A stretch of 59,911 nt of DNA, the filler included, from Catajapyx aquilonaris (taxonomy: Eukaryota): NCBI GenBank assembly GCA_000934665.2. It is 3 parts of 3 records of this genome, joined end to end, with 100 filler letters (N's around TTAATTAATTAA, not from the genome) between each part and the next. Parts side by side here need not be neighbours in the genome. Positions count along the whole stretch, not along the records: positions 19,988 to 39,896 come from JYFJ02006368.1; positions 39,997 to 59,911 come from JYFJ02006369.1; 1 more part is not named here. One strand, 5' to 3'. A program made the translations under genes and the position numbers. Under the pieces are notes generated by a model. That model was not told the origin of the DNA. It ran no database searches and saw only the letters and a list, made by a program, of their open reading frames with translations. Shown here piece after piece: positions 26,201 to 40,634 of the stretch. The stretch's first letter is position 1. The number at the start of each line of letters is the position of its first letter.

Positions 26201-29200
26201 TTTTCAATGTTGTCTTGGATGATAGTCACCTTGTAGTGAGATGCCAGATGTCTCCCTTATTGAAGCGACCTGAAGGGAAGTTGTTTTCTCAGGTTTGCAT
26301 CTATTTATCTACTGTATTTATATTGGAGCAAATGGACTAATTTGTATTATTTCAGCTGCTGGAAATGCTGAAGTTTTACTCACGGTTTGAAATTAGTGAT
26401 GAGTCTGGAGATCCATTGACAGAAAAGGATATGACTGAGCGACATTATAACAGAATTACATCACTTCAGGTAGTATTGGGTTTTGTGTTTGAAAGATATA
26501 ATAATGACAAGTTCATTGATTCATTTATAGAGAGCAGCATTTGCAAAGTTCCCAGACTTACGCAAGTTTTCACTAGCCAATGTGGCTTGCATGGACACAC
26601 GAAAAGCTCTCCTGCAACATTTCAAATTTCTCAAGTGAGTTTATTCATCTGATTTGGTGCAAAGCAGTAGTTTATGATTGGTTTGTTTCAGACAAAAGAC
26701 ACTACATGATATTGCAGCCTATTTGCACTTGGTCCCCTCACGTGATGAGGAAAGCCATCCTCATTGTCGTCTGGATAAGGACTTTCTTCTGGAGTTGTTG
26801 GTGAGTTGTTATTTCTGACTGAGATCAGGATTTTTTTATAACTAGATTACTTGCAGGTTTCACGACATGAGAGGAAATCATCCCAGCTGGATGCCTTGAA
26901 TGAGATGCCATTGTATCCAACTGAGGATACAATCTGGAATGAAAACATTGTACCCACCGAGTATTTCTCTGGTGAAGGCTGCCTGGCTCTTCCAAAACTC
27001 AACTTGCAGTTTTTGACTCTTCATGACTACCTTTTACGGAATTTCAACCTTTTCCGACTGGAATCTACATGTAAGAGTGGCGTAATTTGTATATGCTTTT
27101 TCAGGCATATGAACATATCGTTGGCAATAAGGAGAAAGGGTGAATAGACAATTTTTCAGGAAATGGCGAAAATGTGTATTTAAGGTGAATTCACCCACCG
27201 CAGCTTTTGGTGAAAGGACAAATGTGCACATGGAACAGTGTGCCTGTACGAGAAAGTGGTCATACAGTGATCCTGAAATTTGTAAGGACTATTATTATCA
27301 ACCTATTTTTACCTATCCTGTAAAATTTATAAAATGGTATATTCGCACTTTCTCCTTATTGCCGATGATATTTTCCTCCTTTAGGCTTATAAAGTTTATG
27401 GACAGGTGCAATTCTATGATTACAACTGACCTCACTTGTTAGGAAGGAAGCAGTTATTACAGGTCATCACTGCAATGAATATACCTATTAAAATCTGAAT
27501 GTCAACTTCACATGACCACTTGAACTGTTACAGTTTTGAAAGACTCCTGTACAACAATTGAAAATGCTTTCATTTCAGATGAAATACGGCAAGATATTCA
27601 GGATGCTGTGAGCAGGTTAAAACCATGGTATGTACATCTATCAAAATTTTTGTGCTTATATAAGTGGGAGGGGAGTGTGAGATAATTGTCATTCACATGT
27701 CTTAAACTGTATAACTTGTACATTACAGGAGAAGTGAAACTGGCAGTGTATACTTTGGTGGATGGGCCAGAATGGCACAACCTATTTCTAGTTTTGCTGT
27801 GGTGGAAGTCGCCAAACCCAATATTGGTAACATGGCTTTCAGTTTTCAACTTTTGACTGGACACTGCAGGCAAGTTGAGATTTAAAATTGTGCAAAAAAT
27901 CTTGATTCTGAAAGTGCAGTCTGTGTTTCTCAACATCAGAATGTAAATCTGGGGCATGAACATTCTAGCCTGGGTTCAATGGAGTGCAGTTGATAGAAGC
28001 TTGTTCTTAAGGATTGACAGGCTGTGTAGTCTATGGGCCAGCCTGCCCCTATACCAGTCCTCAATTAAATACACAATTGGTCTTGAACACTAGTCCACTA
28101 CAACCAGGTGGAGTCTACCCCTATGTACAGTTCTGGTCATATATTGAGGCAACCGCCAGCGACATTTTCCGAAGCGGCAGAAGAAGGAATCTTGCTCGCC
28201 CATGCTTGAAGTATGCTGATCTTCGATTCCTTCTTCTGCCGCTTCGGAAAATGTCGCTGGCGGTTGCCTCGATATATGACCAGAACTGTACTTCCTAGCA
28301 GTCTGAGTTCCTTTTATTGCTATCACCCACCTGCTTTACTTCTTTGCGAGGAATCATATGACCATTACATCCAAAGATCTTTCCACAAGTTTTCAAGTCA
28401 CAGTGCTACTGCTTAGCAGGTGACTTCCTTGACCTCATGCTCTGAGTTTACATTTCAATTCTGAGAAACATGGATTTTGCCATTGGGATCAAATATTTTT
28501 GCCCGGTTTTTAAAACCCAACTTGTAAGTCAACTGCAGTATCAGTTTAAGACCCTAGACTGGATTGTAGGGGTAACTATCATATAGGGTAACTTTCATTA
28601 GAAATGAAACCAACTTGCCCCATGAGATAGGTACTTAAGTATCCAGAGTAGGGACTGGATTCTCATGGACTTTGTGGGATCACAATAACTACAAAAACCC
28701 TTTGAATATGTAGTCATAATTCCACAACTGGGTGGTGTAAGTGTTATCACCACATCCTTCCACCTCTAAGATGCCAAGGTTGATCACCGAATTAGGCAGA
28801 GGATTTCTCAGGTGGATTATTATTATCAATATTATCATATTCTCCTGCAACTCCAAAAGCAATATTTATGCATCCTGAACCTATTGGGATTCCTGGAAGA
28901 AAAAGCCTGCTAAATTGTAGGTGGGGCTTCTGACCACATCAAAATTAGCTGTGGACACCAAACATAATGGGTATATTGGTGACTACTACATAGTCTCCAT
29001 CCACATCCTAGAGCCCACCCAAGGCATGTAACACTAACTCCTACTATTTTTGATCCTCTTCATGGGGTGAAATATTGCCAACTCCCACCAACACTCGGAA
29101 GATCTGGAGTGTGAGATGCAAATGAGTTGCTTAGTAGAAGCAAAGAAGGGAGTTGTGGTTGAGCATGGCAACGCCAGGACACAACCTATAGATCCAGCTT

Positions 29201-32200
29201 CCCTGCGAGAGGAAGGAAAGAAAGAGGCACACTTGATCTGTGTTCCAATATAATTACAATGTTTGTGGGATATGTAAATGTTATCATAATAGAGAGCCAT
29301 AGGGGCCAAAGTTATGTTCATCACTGGGAGTCCATGAGAATTCAGTCCTAGGGCCTTTAGTATAATCATAGACTAGGTGATGTAAACTTGCTGTGAAATA
29401 ATTCATTGCTTCTAGGTGAAAAGAAACCATCAAGAGTGCGGGCAGACATCACTGTTAATCTTAATGTTCGTGAAGCGATCAAGAGTGAATGGGAGGCCTT
29501 ACGGAAGCATGATGTTTGCTTTTTGATCACAGTCAGGCCTACTGCACCAATTGGCACACGCTATAACTACACTAAGCCGTTTATACCACAAGTTGGCCTC
29601 ACCTATGTACGTGGATGTGAGATTGAAGGAATGCTGGACCAAAATGGGCGTGTCATTGAAGAAGGTCCAGAGCCCAGACCTGAAATGCCTGGTGATTTAC
29701 GAACATTTCGTGCTTGGCTTGATGGAAACCAGTACATGATGGATATGGATAAGGCTTCACAAGGAGGAGAAGTATGTCACATGACCCATTTTGTAAAAGA
29801 CTGGAAAGTGCCCAGTTATTATTATTTTTTACAATACAGATGTCTCAATTAGAGACTGATACTAGTAATACTTAAGTGAATTGCTGATGCAGGGGTAACT
29901 GTACCTAAGAATACATTTCTGAACATAAAACTTGCCTTCTTAACTCATGTAGAATTTGTGACATCGTTCTAAAGTGGTAAGTTTTGGAAAATTGATAAGT
30001 GGCTGTGCTTTTTAATCTTAGGATGTGTATGAAACATTCAACATCATCATGCGACGGAAGCCAAAGGAAAATAACTTTAAGGCAGTTTTGGAGACTATTC
30101 GAGACTTGATGAACACCGAATGTGTAGTGCCACAGTGGCTTCACGACATCATTTTGGGTTATGGTGATCCAGGAACTGCACATTATTCAAGGATGCCCAA
30201 TGAGATTGCAACACTGGACTTTAATGATACATTTCTGGAATTTGATCACTTCACGGACTGCTTTTTGGCCCGCGACTATGAGGTTGGGCTGAAACCTGGG
30301 ATCAAAACAGACAAGCTTGTGCCTCCTTTCAGGTAAGTGTTGGATTCGTTTAGTAGGGATGTTGTGTGACATTGGCTTGGTTCTAGGTTGACGTTTGAAC
30401 ATGTGCTTCAGAAGAAGCAGTTGCCTGAAGGTGAGGAGTTGCCTGAGGAAGGTAAGCGTGTTTTGCTGGAACCCCATGTTCGTGTCAGCCGTGGACCATA
30501 CCCATTCAATGAGCCGAAGAAGAATGTCGTCTGCTTTACTCCAACCCAGTCAGAAGCTATTCAGGCTGGGATGCAACCAGGATTGACCATGGTTGTGGGG
30601 CCTCCTGGAACAGGAAAAACAGATGTTGCAGTGCAGATAATTTCAAATCTGTACCATAATTTTCCTGAACAGCGAACTCTGATTGTGACCCATTCAAATC
30701 AAGCTCTGAACCAACTGTTTGAAAAGATCATGGCTCTAGACATCGATGAGCGCCATCTTCTTCGATTGGGTCATGGCGAAGAAGCCTTGGAGACAGAGAA
30801 GGATTTCAGTCGATATGGGCGTGTCAATTATGTTCTGGCAAAACGCTTGGAATTGCTCCAGGAAGTTCAGAGACTACAGGAAAGCCTGCAGGTGCAAGGT
30901 GATGTTGCATACACATGTGAGACTGCAGGTCATTTTTACCTTCACCATGTATTGGCACGCTGGGAGAAATTCCTCAGCGAAGTGAAACAAGGAAAAAACA
31001 AAATTATTCCAATCCAATGCATTAAGGAGCTGTTTCCATTTCACAAGTTCTTTTCAAATGCACCCCAACCTTTGTTTCGAGAAATCACATATGAAGAGGA
31101 TATGTCCATTGCTGAAGGTTGCTTCAGGTATGGATTAACATTAACCTTCTCTATGTGTTACACTATTAGCATGTGACTCAATTGCAGATACATCAGGAAA
31201 ATGTTCACTCAGTTGGAAGAGTTCCGGGCTTTTGAATTACTTCGAAGTGGACTTGACAGATCGCAATATTTATTGGTTAAAGAAGCGAAGATTATTGCCA
31301 TGACTTGTACTCATGCAGCTCTTAAGAGGCGGGAATTGGTTGAAATTGGTATGTATGTGCAAACTTTTAATACAGCAAGAACTTGATAAGTGTGTCTTGA
31401 CTCACAGGGTTCAAGTACGACAACATACTGATGGAGGAAGCAGCCCAGATCCTGGAAATTGAGACCTTTATTCCACTCCTGCTGCAAAACCCACAAGATG
31501 GTTACAACCGCCTGAAACGCTGGATCATGATTGGAGATCACCACCAGTTGCCACCTGTGATCAAGAACATGGCATTCCAGAAGTACTCGAACATGGAGCA
31601 ATCACTCTTTACACGATTCGTGAGACTAGGAGTTCCAACTGTTGATTTGGATGCACAGGGCCGAGCAAGGCCAAGCATATGTGAGCTCTACAACTGGCGT
31701 TACAAGAAGCTGGGCAACTTGCCGCATGTTGAAACATGGGCAGAATATCGGTATGCTAATCCTGGATTTGGGTACGAGTACCAGCTTATCAATGTGGAAG
31801 ACTTCAGAAGTGTTGGTGAATCAGAACCAAGCCCCTACTTTTATCAGGTGAGTTGGATCATAATTAATGTGCTGATGACACTTGTATGGATTGTTGCTTT
31901 TCAGAATTTGGCAGAGGCTGAGTATGCAGTTGCTCTTTTTATGTACATGAGGTTGGTTGGTTACCCGGCTGAAAAAATATCAATCCTAACCACCTACAAT
32001 GGCCAGAAGCACCTCATCCGTGATGTGATCAACACACGGTGTGCCAACAATCCACTGATTGGACGACCGTATCGGGTATGTTTTGGGTTATTTTAAGCTT
32101 ATCAAGTGACTAATGGCCAGCATTTTAGGTGACAACTGTGGACAAGTATCAGGGCCAGCAAAATGACCACATCATCCTATCACTGGTCCGAACCAAGGCA

Positions 32201-34493
32201 GTGGGACACTTGCGGGATGTGCGGCGACTGGTTGTAGCAATGTCCCGAGCACGACTTGGCCTGTACATCTTTGCCCGTGTGTCCCTCTTTCGCAACTGCT
32301 TTGAACTGACACCTGCATTTAACCTGGTGAGATACAATTTCAGGCAAAATAAATGTATGGTAGATAGGTGGAATCAAAGAATGGAGACTTCCCCCATCTA
32401 TAGACCCCCTCCCCCAAACAAGTATGATTCCATGCCAGTGTAATGCTCATTACCAGAAAGAAAAGAAACGATTGATTTTTGAGGAAGCTCAAGTAATTTT
32501 TTTGTTACTATAAAAATGTTTTCTCTCTTCTTAAAAAGTAAATACAGAGATCATGCATCATCAACAGACTCTTGGATATACGTGGGTCATTTGATAATTA
32601 TTGGCAACACTGCTGTAATTTTCGTATCAGTATGGCTACACACATGAATATTTCACATTACCTAGGTGCAGTCCCCAGCTATTTTTTTGACATTTTTCCA
32701 TATCCATGAAAAGCTTCTAACGCCGTCAGCAGCGGTTTTTGTGGAGGCGTTACTCAGAGACTGCCCTAAGATATGCTTCCCTCTTACAGAAATGAAAGCC
32801 ATCTAAGGGTTCCTTCATTTATGTAGTTGATTGTAGTCACATGTACTATTAATTGTGAAAGTAATGTCGCACTGTTATGTGATGCCGTCGCGAACGGCAT
32901 CACACAACAGTGCGACATTACTTTTGCGGTTAATAGTACTCATGTCAGATGAATAGAGAGGATGTTCCAACTGCTCCCTTTCCCATTTCTGGAGAAAATT
33001 TCCGAACAGCAATGACTACATGACAGCAAGGGTTGTCATGGAAGACAATGGGTCCCCTCTGCAACAAAGCCTTCCAAGGCGAATTTATGGGCGGAGATGA
33101 TGTTGCAATTATGGTATTGATGCTGCTTTCCAATTTCCATTGCCAATTCCATGCAGGTCCATCGCCGGTCCATATCCAACAGAGTTGTCACAGTTTCGAC
33201 ATGGGTCGGGTCCATTGCAGTACGGGAGGGGGTCTTCTTTAAAAGCTTGTACAAACCTCACAATGGTACGATACGGGAGGCAGAGTCACCACACATCTGC
33301 ACAAGACCTTAATGGTGCTGTCTGGCAGATTTTCCACGTGAAACAGGGATCTTGATGAAGCAGGGCTGTCTTAGGGCGCTCACGTAAATGGCACTTTGAA
33401 CAGGTACTGTCAGCACATACTGCTGCAAATGCTTCACAAATGGTACCGTAGGGTTCCCCATGACTCTAAAAGTACCTATCCACAGTCAGTCCTGGCAGCC
33501 GGGGCTGCCGAGTGGTAACAGTGTTGCCAATAATTATCGGACAACCCACGTACATCCATGCATTATTTGATATGAAAATTTTGATGCTTATTATATGGCC
33601 AAGATATTTAAGTTTTCATTGTGGGCTTACATGCCTATTTCTATTTATACCCATCAGTATAGAGAGGAAAGCAGAAGAAAAAAGAGTCACATATAACCCA
33701 CCCAATGCATGAAACCAGTTGAAGGTCTTGCTGTCTTAATATAAATGTGTTCTAATAAACTAAGTGAATAATTTCAATATTGCTTGTTGATGTAAAAAAG
33801 ATGAGAATACAATACTTCATCAATAATGACAATCTGCACAAAAAATGCAAATACTTTGAAATGCAAACGAATGGACGAACGAATGTAATAAACCTTTATT
33901 TAAAACCTACAGCTTATGAAACGTCCATTGAACCTCCACCTGGTTCCGGGGGAGACTTTCAATGTAGGACGTTCAGTCCATACCCCTCCAGTGGAACCAA
34001 CCATCGTCATTAAGGACATGCCTCAGATGGCCTCATTTGTATATGAGATGTACATGAAGAAGGTGTCAGTCAGCATGGGTGTGCCAACTGTAAGTAGCCA
34101 GGGATAGAATTTTCATCCCACTGCTAGTTACTGCTAACTTAGCAGTACCATTGCTAACACTGGTACTGCTAAGTTAGCTGTGGGTCGAAAATTCCACCCC
34201 AGGTTTTGATCAGTTACAGCAATGAAAAACTATTGTCACAATTTCAGCAAAAGAGCTGGCCTGTAGCTGAGCAGAAGGTACCTGATCATTCAGTGCCACA
34301 ACACCCTGGTGCTGATCGAGACACTGATGAGGAGGATGAAGATGCTGAGGAAGAGGCAAAACAAGCTGAAGAGAAGGACAAACAAGCCAAGGAGAAGGAA
34401 AAACAAGCTGAGGAATTAAACAGTGAAGATTTAAATGACAAGGACACAGAGAAAGAAGAGAGCATGGATGTGAGACCACCTGGTGATGATTAG
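23214..34493 (+). CDS. AQR: RNA helicase aquarius (intron-binding spliceosomal SF1 helicase), 21 coding exons
   Basis: GT-AG exons read at 23214-23294, 23353-23453, 23527-23683, 25185-25391, 25870-26047, 26114-26292, 26356-26469, 26531-26634, 26692-26800, 26857-27070, 27579-27627, 27729-27826, 29416-29771, 30022-30332, 30387-31127, 31188-31348, 31408-31847, 31905-32074, 32129-32326, 33913-34089, 34248-34493. Motifs [83 protein letters not shown]. Confidence 0.96.
23705..25077. mobile_element. pogo/Tigger-like MITE in AQR intron 3, interrupted by a mariner
   Basis: ta|cagtggactctggacataacag ... ctgttatagccagagtcaagtg|ta. Confidence 0.6.
24073..24979 (-). mobile_element. Internally deleted mariner (same family as 13464-14565)
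   Basis: TA-flanked TIRs; remnants WLLHHDNA and [13 protein letters not shown] of a DD34D transposase. Confidence 0.92.
28128..28288. mobile_element. Palindromic TA-flanked MITE in AQR intron
   Basis: ta|cagttctggtcatat...atatgaccagaactg|ta with ~63-bp arms. Confidence 0.8.
32581..33550 (-). mobile_element. Degraded mariner of a second family, with a nested ~100-bp palindrome at ~32844-32939
   Basis: TIR cgtggg..gataattattggcaacactg, TA flanks; remnants [33 protein letters not shown]. Confidence 0.8.
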
Positions 34494-36960
34494 TGGACTA
34501 AGCATTAATTGAAGAGGACTGAGTATTGTGTCAGCACCATCAAGGTTTTGACAGAGTTCACTTATTGCAAATGTGATTTGTCTTGTTTCAAATCAGATTG
34601 GATCTTTTTGAATTAGTTTGCCCAAAAAATGATATCCAATGTCCATAACAGGAGTGTAATTCTTCCATGATCAAATGGTATGAGGTGGCACTTCATGTAG
34701 GAGGACAGTAGGCAAATCTGCTGTATGTAGGACAAAAGCTATCTGCAATGTGCAGTAAGGTCTAGTGTTGCTCATCTGCTTCCATTAGACTTCTTCATCT
34801 GTCATGAAATCCACCTGCAATAGTCTGACTGACCATATGCTGCATATTGCCGATACATCTCCTTTTGTAACCACTACAAAACTGTAACACCCTTGTACTT
34901 TTGATATGAACGCCTTTCCCAATGACCTAGCATTTAGTAGAACTGATATCACTCTAAGTCTGTTGCACAGCAAAATAGGGATATACAGTATTTCAGTTGC
35001 GGGAAGTACATTTCTGCTGAATTTTTTAAATGACTCATGTTCATTTTCATGGCATAATAAAAGTCATGGACGTTGTTTCATGCAAAATTACAACGTTGGG
35101 ATTTCATTATGCAGGTGAGGAATATGAGGAATGCTTGAGTTTTAATTTACACCCAAGCAAATGTCAAAGGGAAAATATTTTTACTTCAATAACATTAGGA
35201 TATCCATAATAGGGTTTCAGTTGCTTGGATGACTCACAGTCAGTAGTTAGGCATTGCAGTTTTGAAGTCCAGATACAAATTGGGGGGTGTCTTGATGGCG
35301 TGATATAATTGGGTAGATAAATTAGAATGATCTTCAGACTATTGATGATGACTACAAGTAGCTGAAAACCATCCCAATCCTGAGCATGCAGGATACATCT
35401 CAATCCCAAAACCTTGATGATGATGTGTTTGCAAGGAATGTTCTTCTCAAGCAGTGTTTCCAATTTGCTGAAACAAATGAAAATACAGTGAAACCTGCCC
35501 ATAACACCCTGGATATATCCCAAACCTATCCATTACAGAAAAACATCCGGGAACAGGCACATGCATAGGGCATGCAATGTATTTTTTACAAGGGAACCTG
35601 CCCAACAGGGGATTTTTGTCTCCCTTCAAAGAAAATCCCTGTTCATAACTGAAATCAAAAGGCTCACATTATCTCCTATGGGTCACAAAAATAGAAGCTA
35701 CAGCTGAGTTCCCTATCAGCCCTCCCAGGAGGCCTCTAAGTAACCCTTTTCGAACAGTTGGTGTGTATCATAATTGCTACTGGCCTATGGCCTTGAAGAT
35801 ATAGGATGAGGAAAGGGGCATGTTGTATTGATGCAATGCAGAAGAATCAGATTAGCTAAAAGCACTGCTCAAGCTCCATCGCTGGGAGCACCATAAAAAT
35901 GGCAATAAATTGTCCAGTTAAAAAAGGTTATCAAACTGATGGATCTGGAAAATTTATCCCCAGAAAAGAACCTCATAGAAACCCAAAGTTGGGATGCTGA
36001 CTTTTCACGTCTGTTTCAAACATGCAGAGGTACCGGATCAGGTCCAGAGGTATCTTTTTGTTCAACTTGGAAAAATAGCCTATAGACTAATAGAGCGATG
36101 CCATAGAGCAGAGCAGAGCGAAATACTGCAGCCCTGACACTTTGTGAGAAATTAACAGTTACTTTTTGAAGAGGTTTGTAAAATAAATGCTAGTAATATT
36201 AGCCAGTTCACGATTTTATCACTTCCTGTTTGGTTTCTCTAAAGACTAAATCGCTCTAGATCCGCAAAACCAAGTGTCGGAAATGGCGAATCCGAAGTCA
36301 GGATGTGTCCTAAGTCAAGCAGGTGGAAGTCCACGGCATGTGCGTGCACTACAGTGACAGTACAGCATTTACACATGGGCCCACTCGGTCTAATATCAGA
36401 AACTAATAATTTTGATAGCTACTAAAAGTAATTGCTTACAAATAAACGGATTAGTGCCAAAATCGTTTAAAATGGAATCTTAATTGGATCACCCTGTTCA
36501 GAACTCGATAGCACATGTGCCACATCAACTAAATAATGGATCCGTAAACCTATTTCCACCCATTTACCATATACACCTTACACGCGGTACGTGAAGCTAA
36601 TATTAGTAGCAACTTTAATTGTCATCCACTTTCAGACGTTACTGCTATTTTGCCATAAAGTGTCATGGCCGCCGATCGCATCTTTCGCCCAGCATAGCCA
36701 ACCTACTTTTACAAAATATATTTCAACTATAAATATATATATGTAAAGGTATTGTAAAGAGTAGCTTTTGAAAATATAAGCACATTAATACATTCCCCAT
36801 AACATTAAAAAACTTCTATAGAAGAAATTGACCTACCGACGCCCGCGATTCTCTTTAGGTCTGGCAACCACGAATCTTACAATACAGTGAATACACGGGA
36901 GATGTGGGGGCAGAAATAGTGGTTTATTGTAGTATTTTTAAATAGTGTTTTACCAGTTTT

Positions 36961-37085
36961 ATGGTCAGTATGAAGTCTATTGGCGATCTACAGTCAGAGC
37001 TGGAGGAAGCACGCGTCAGTCTACGTGGGGTAGATGACAACATCAAGCGCCTGATCGGACGAGACCCCAGCGATTTGCCAAACAG
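36961..37085 (+). CDS. PNN: First coding exon of pinin (not in the supplied ORF track)
   Basis: MVSMKSIGDLQSELEEARVSLRGVDDNIKRLIGRDPSDLPNR then AG|GT donor; matches the pinin N-terminal LxxxLExAKxSLKxVDENIRKLTGRDP pattern. Confidence 0.85.
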
Positions 37086-37535
37086 GTCAGGGTGTCATGG
37101 TTATCCTGTAGCATGGTTGTGGTGAAGGACTGCTTTTCTTAGGGAGGGCTTCACCCGTAACTAGTGCCATGCGGGGGTCTTTTTTTGACCGTAAGCTTAC
37201 GAGAATTAACAGTGTCAAGTTACTGGTTAATTAAAAGCCAAATGCCGTTGTGTATTCCTCAAACAATCTTTGATGTGTTAATATCTTTGAAAATGGCCGG
37301 GGGGGATTCAGGGCCCTCCAAAAAACAGCTATAATCATGGTGGGGTGCATCTGGGGTTAAAAAAAAAAAAAGACCGCATGACACTAGTTACGTGGCTCAG
37401 ACCATGACACTACTTCAGGCTTAATGTGTGTTCTCACAAAATAGGATCTCGATATTGTGACATGTGTTTCTATGCACGGTAAATCAGTTGTGGGCTGTGC
37501 ATGACAGAACAAAAATGATCAGTTATACTGTAAAT

Positions 37536-38526
37536 CAGTGGTTCTTAACCTTTTCCAGCCACGACCCATATATAATGTAACTTCCCCATTACCTTCGCGA
37601 CCCGAAGTACAAATTTCCCCCACTTAGCAATAACCATGATTCTAAAATAGTGCTAGAAATATATGATTACAATATTCTGTGTATTACGTGAGTTATCTTT
37701 GAAGTCGGTTGTATGCACTCTTCCAAATTACTAATGGGATTCTTGGGCTTGGCAACGCCTTGACCGGTCAGCAAAATGTGGCGATGTTTTCAAAAAGCTG
37801 CACCGTAAGTTATGTTCCGGTTCCAAACGTTTATTATGTTTGGTTTTCGTGATGACCAGGGCAGAAAACCCAGCTTCACACAAGGTTGTGGTGAAGAACG
37901 GCAGCAAAACTTTCATGGCCTCATTTCCAACAATATATCTTGGCTGTTCCTTCCGTAATAATTTAATTCAGAATCCACTAAGTAATTCAGTATGTTTTTG
38001 AAAATTGTGGAGCATGGTGTCATCATGTGGAATGTAAATAAACTGCTCTTCGAATCCAGTGATGATCACAATGCCATTCGGCAGTTCAGCAACATCAACC
38101 TAGAATGGCATACGAACCCATCTGTAGTTCCCACCATCTTATGGGATGTAGTGATCAAAGTCAAGGGACAGTTTGGTCAAATGTTCCAGGATATCCTCTT
38201 TCACATCACAAAATGCAGCACTTTCTTCTCTTCAAGAAACATGCTTTTGGCAGCAAAGTTTTCCTATATGCAGGAGACAACGACAAATTCTTACTCTGGG
38301 ATGTACTTGATTCACTCTGGTGGCAAATCCTTGATGTGCGCCTAATGCGGGAACCCCAAATACAAATGTAACCTCTGCTTCGCAACCCGAAAGGGGTAAA
38401 GGGCCAAAAATCGGGGTATGTTAAATATACAAGTGCAATGCATGATTTTTTGAATGTTATAATGCCCATCCAGAACCCAGCAACCCACCAAAGTGGACGT
38501 GGTGACCCATAGGTTAAGAACCACCG
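37536..38526 (-). mobile_element. Internally deleted hAT (Buster/Charlie-type) transposon
   Basis: TIR cagtggttcttaacct, 8-bp TSD ctgtaaat; C-terminal remnant LLPFFTTTLCEAGFSALVITKTKHNKRLEPEHNLRC. Confidence 0.9.
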
Positions 38527-38701
38527 CTGTAAATGAAAATGGCAGGCACCGGTATGCATAACATGGATTGTCTTATTATGCAAATACTTATTACAAATAC
38601 TTATTGGAGTAGGAAGAACACTAGATTGGAACCTACCACTGAGCATGAGGAGTGTGGCAAGTAAAATTTTATGGTGAAAAACCAGACGTGTGAATTTAGG
38701 C

Positions 38702-38812
38702 CAGGGATGGAAAAAGTACCGCTTCCTTCCAAGAAGCGCTTCTTTTTTCCATGTGCAGGGATAGAAAAAGAACCGCTTACCGCCCAAAGAAGCGGTTCTT
38801 TTTCCATCCCTG
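38702..38812. mobile_element. hAT-type palindromic MITE (family of 3968-4077)
   Basis: Same TIR; 8-bp TSD atttaggc. Confidence 0.85.
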
Positions 38813-39231
38813 ATTTAGGCAGATGAACTTCATTTCTTTCGGGTAGAGTAGGTCACCATATTTCCGTGCAAGCCAAGCCATGATGAATTATTAATGAATG
38901 CTATCATATCATGGTGGTACCGTACATTCTGCACACCATCATTGGAGTTGGGGGAGTACGGCAGGGGGGTACAGGGTGGCAGCAGGTTTCAGGAAATGAT
39001 GCATTCTCTCATGATATGGTCACGATAAGCTCACTTGAACATAAATTCTGCAGAGTAACTGGGTTTCTCCAGGCCATACCTGTTCTTTTTAAGAGATGTA
39101 CGTGACTTTTAAACATCTCACCCAAGATACCAGGTGGTGTTTGAAACTTTCTGGCTGTCATCACCAACAGGTACCATATAAATTTGTGGTAACTACATAT
39201 TAAAACTGCATTATTACTATCATATACCGGG

Positions 39232-39545
39232 GGTCAGGGGAGGCGGAGTGGTGCTGCGGTAACGTATGTGCCCACGGATGTTAAGGTCCTGGGTTCGATC
39301 CCAGCCCGGGGTCACCCCCTTCATCTCGTGCAGAGTTCATTGGGTCACCTCTGGCTTTGTCTCGGGTGGTATTTCCACAGACTAAACCCGGGGGAGTTCA
39401 CTAAAAATGGCCACCACGTCAGATGCACTGCACTTGCACATCCCCTCCTGTCATCCTGCCCGTGGGCCCGGGCGTTTCTCACACTATGTACGATCAAATA
39501 ATAAAGGTCCGTGCCGAACGCCGAAAGGTGAAGCACTACCCCCAC

Positions 39546-39603
<58 letters not shown>
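39232..39603 (+). mobile_element. tRNA-derived SINE with (TTA)n tail
   Basis: gtggtgctgcggtaa...gggttcgatccc A/B boxes; 3' simple-repeat tail 39546-39603. Confidence 0.65.
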
Positions 39604-39896
39604 GGGCAATTCCACGAAAAAGCGGACATGGGGTGCGGTTCTTATATCTTGACGCAGTTGGAATCTGAGTGACTAAAACCGAAGCATGTGGACCATGGTT
39701 TCCTTAGCCATGTTAGTTTGTGACAGTATCATTCCCAACAACCCAGTATTATTCCCAGAGTCTAAGCGTGCTCTCTGTGATATCCGCTCGGCTAATGCTC
39801 ATTACCAGCTGGTTATTCGCTGTACCGGATATGTGAAAGGAAGAGAGACAAACGTCTTCATATAATTCAAGGGCACAAAATGCAACATCGATCTGT

Positions 39897-39996
39897 NNNN
39901 NNNNNNNNNNNNNNNNNNNNNNNNNNNNNNNNNNNNNNNNTTAATTAATTAANNNNNNNNNNNNNNNNNNNNNNNNNNNNNNNNNNNNNNNNNNNN
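39897..39996. other. Artificial contig linker
   Basis: 44 N + TTAATTAATTAA + 44 N. Confidence 0.95.
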
Positions 39997-40634
39997 TAGG
40001 GCGATAGGGCACTACCGTAATGTGACGGTGGACCGCTCCAGGCCTCCCCTGCACTCCATTGCAAACATTTTAAATTTGTAAATTATTACACATATCTGTA
40101 CATTATTTTGTACATATTTATTTATTTATTTATGACTTGTACACATTTGTAAATTATTCGGCTTAAAAGGCGTGTGCTTATTATTGTGAATAAAAAAACA
40201 ATGTTATTTCAAGTATTTGTTGCGTAATTCCTGACACCCCCACGACCCGACAGAGCATACGTCACTGACGTCGACAGCGGCAATGTCGCCAACGTCCACG
40301 CGACCCGACACGAGACGACGCGTTGGTGTCGCGCTGGGGGGCGTTGGGGGGCCGATTGTGACGTCACACTGCACCTGCCAAAAACACAACCTTTGTTACC
40401 GACGACACGACACGACACGACGCATTGGTGTCGCGTTGTGGGGGCGTTGGGGCGTCAGCTGTGACGTCACACGACTTCCCACGGCGTCCACAGCGCATCA
40501 TTGACCCACATAGCATCCGACCAAGGTGTACAACAAAAGAGAGAGATACAGTTAATTTTTATTTTAATTGCATAAAATTACAAAATGGTATTGGACAGGC
40601 ACACCCTATGTTTCCCCCCTGCGCGCGACACGCA

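Noticed and set aside
34780..36700. Minus-strand spliced gene between AQR and pinin
   Set aside because: Some splice-like signals but no coherent recognisable reading frame
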